From assembly GCA_963837955.1 (NCBI GenBank), contig CAWIPH010000002.1, positions 3,456,001-3,520,000 of the forward strand: a stretch of DNA of 64,000 nt. Direction: 5' to 3'. This document shows positions 62,405-64,000 of this stretch, piece by piece (position 1 is the first letter of the stretch; each line of letters begins with the position of its first letter). The DNA comes from an uncultured Verrucomicrobiae bacterium (GTDB lineage Bacteria > Verrucomicrobiota > Verrucomicrobiia > Chthoniobacterales > JAFAMB01). The notes below the pieces were generated by a model. That model ran no database searches. It saw only the letters and a list, made by a program, of their open reading frames with translations, and was not told the origin of the DNA. A program made the position numbers and the translations under genes.

Positions 62405-62501
62405 AAAATCGCGCAAAAGCGATGTGAGTGAGACCAGGCCTGCGTCGATCCGAGTTTCCCTATTTGAATCCTGATCACGTTCTCGACACAATGTATTCTT
62501 G

Positions 62502-64000
62502 GTGGAAACAGAAACGGAGACCGCCGAATTTCAGCGGAGCAAGTCGACGTATCAGATCACGCGTTTTATTCTCCTCAGACTTCTCGGGATCGTCTACGCA
62601 GTCGCTTTCCTCGTTGCCGCTCAACAGCTGATCCCTCTGATTGGATCGCACGGCCTCTTGCCGGTTGATCTTTTTCTGCAACGCGTTCACGATGCTTTGG
62701 GTTCGGATTGGGCCGGATTCCTGCAGTTTCCCTCGATCTTCTGGCTGAATCATTCCGACACAGCGTTGTTGTTGGCTTCTTGGACAGGCTTTGCGCTGGC
62801 CTGCGTTGTGGCGGCAGGATTTGGGAACTCGATCATTTTCGCGATCCTTTGGTTTCTCTATCTGTCAATAAACCACGTGGGTCAGGACTGGTACGGTTAC
62901 GGCTGGGAATCGCAGCTCTGCGAGACCGGGTTTCTGGCCATCTTTCTTGCTCCGATCCTCGATCCCCGCCCGTTTCCAAGGAGTCCGGCGCCGGTCGCAG
63001 TGATCTGGCTTTTTCGCTGGTTACTCTTTCGCCTTTTAGTTGGCGCGGCACTAATCAAGCTGCGCGGGGACTCTTGTTGGCGCGATCTCACCGCGCTGTA
63101 TTATTATTTTGAGACGCAGCCGTGCCCGGGACCATTGAGCCGCTGGTTTCACTTTCTGCCGAAACCTTTGTTACAGGTTGGCGTGCTCTTCAATTTTTTG
63201 GCCGAGCTGATCGCACCCTGGTTCATTTTTTGGCCTCGGATCGCCCGGCACATAGCCGGGGTCGTGATCGCATTATTTTTCGGGACGCTCATCATTAGCG
63301 GCAATCTCTCGTTTCTCGATTGGCTGACCTTGGTCCCGGTGGTCGCCTGCTTCGATGATTCGTTTTGGAGCAGATTCATACCCCGGCGATGGCGCGAGCA
63401 CATCCCACCGGCTTCACCTCGTTTGGGGATTCCCCGATTGGTCATTTCGGGGTTGCTCGTTTGCTTGATCGCCGGCCTGAGTATTCAGCCAGTCCAAAAC
63501 TTGATCGGCAGACACCAGATCATGAATACCTCGTTCAATTCGCTCGAATTGGTCAATACCTACGGCGCGTTTGGCAGCATCGGCAGAGAACAATATGTCG
63601 TTGTTTTTGAAGGCACCGACGCCGAACTCCCGTACAACGATGCCGATTGGAAGGAATATCCGTATCGAGGCGTGCCAGTCGACGTCAAACAGATGCCTCC
63701 GCAGATAGCTCCCTACCAGCTGCATTTCGATTGGCAGATGTGGTTCGCTTCAATGGCTTCACCCAATGAATATCCATGGACCATTCATCTCGTCTGGAAG
63801 TTGCTACACAACGATCCGCTGGCGCTGCACTTGTTCGCCGGAAATCCTTTCCCCGATCATCCACCGCGCTACGTTCGAGCGATTTGGTATAAGTACAAAT
63901 TCGCTGCCCCCGGGAATCCTGAAGGAGACTGGTGGGAGCGCGAAAAAGTCGGAGACTGGTTTCCAGTCGTATCCCTGGACGATCGCCGTTTAGCTCGTTG
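62502..64000 (+). CDS. Lipase maturation factor (LMF) family protein, runs off the window end
   Basis: Manual translation: TRFILLRLLGIVYAVAF..LIGSHGLLP, WYGYGWESQLCETGFL, GAALIKLRGD..WRDLT, ETQPCP, SGNLSFLDW, NTYGAFG, DWQMWFA; absent from the ORF track because no stop lies in the window. Confidence 0.9.
   Translation, partial: METETETAEFQRSKSTYQITRFILLRLLGIVYAVAFLVAAQQLIPLIGSHGLLPVDLFLQRVHDALGSDWAGFLQFPSIFWLNHSDTALLLASWTGFALACVVAAGFGNSIIFAILWFLYLSINHVGQDWYGYGWESQLCETGFLAIFLAPILDPRPFPRSPAPVAVIWLFRWLLFRLLVGAALIKLRGDSCWRDLTALYYYFETQPCPGPLSRWFHFLPKPLLQVGVLFNFLAELIAPWFIFWPRIARHIAGVVIALFFGTLIISGNLSFLDWLTLVPVVACFDDSFWSRFIPRRWREHIPPASPRLGIPRLVISGLLVCLIAGLSIQPVQNLIGRHQIMNTSFNSLELVNTYGAFGSIGREQYVVVFEGTDAELPYNDADWKEYPYRGVPVDVKQMPPQIAPYQLHFDWQMWFASMASPNEYPWTIHLVWKLLHNDPLALHLFAGNPFPDHPPRYVRAIWYKYKFAAPGNPEGDWWEREKVGDWFPVVSLDDRRLAR

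Noticed and set aside
59116..64000. Intact prophage or integrative element at tRNA-Thr
   Set aside because: No integrase, phage genes or att duplication within the window

Overview
Mostly core chromosome of a bacterium with moderately high GC. The PVC-type small basic protein, the SecA and type IIA topoisomerase sequences and a PEP-CTERM protein point to Verrucomicrobia (inference). Housekeeping genes: trmD, PBP1A, speA, clpS, pgl, sixA, holB, tmk, pyrE, secA, miaA, Fe-S scaffold genes, lpdA, recO, an Mla/Pqi-like ABC system, a sulfonate/nitrate-like ABC system, an ECF sigma/anti-sigma pair and a parE/parC-like pair. Two membrane glycosyltransferase clusters are also present. Intergenic DNA is crowded with at least four families of REP/REPIN-like palindromes and with heptamer tandem repeats. 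The best find is an IS110-family element (about 56685-58427) inserted at a duplicated AAGGA core inside one arm of a roughly 640-bp palindromic REPIN. Its structured non-coding end carries an 8-nt copy of the target flank (bridge-RNA candidate), and an empty copy of that flank lies at 20623. Features missing from the ORF track include a 6S-RNA-like hairpin (about 18440-18600), the 51-aa small basic protein, tRNA-Thr(CGT), a lipase-maturation-factor gene running off the right edge, and a decayed accessory region after the tRNA. All calls were made by eye from motifs; no searches were run.
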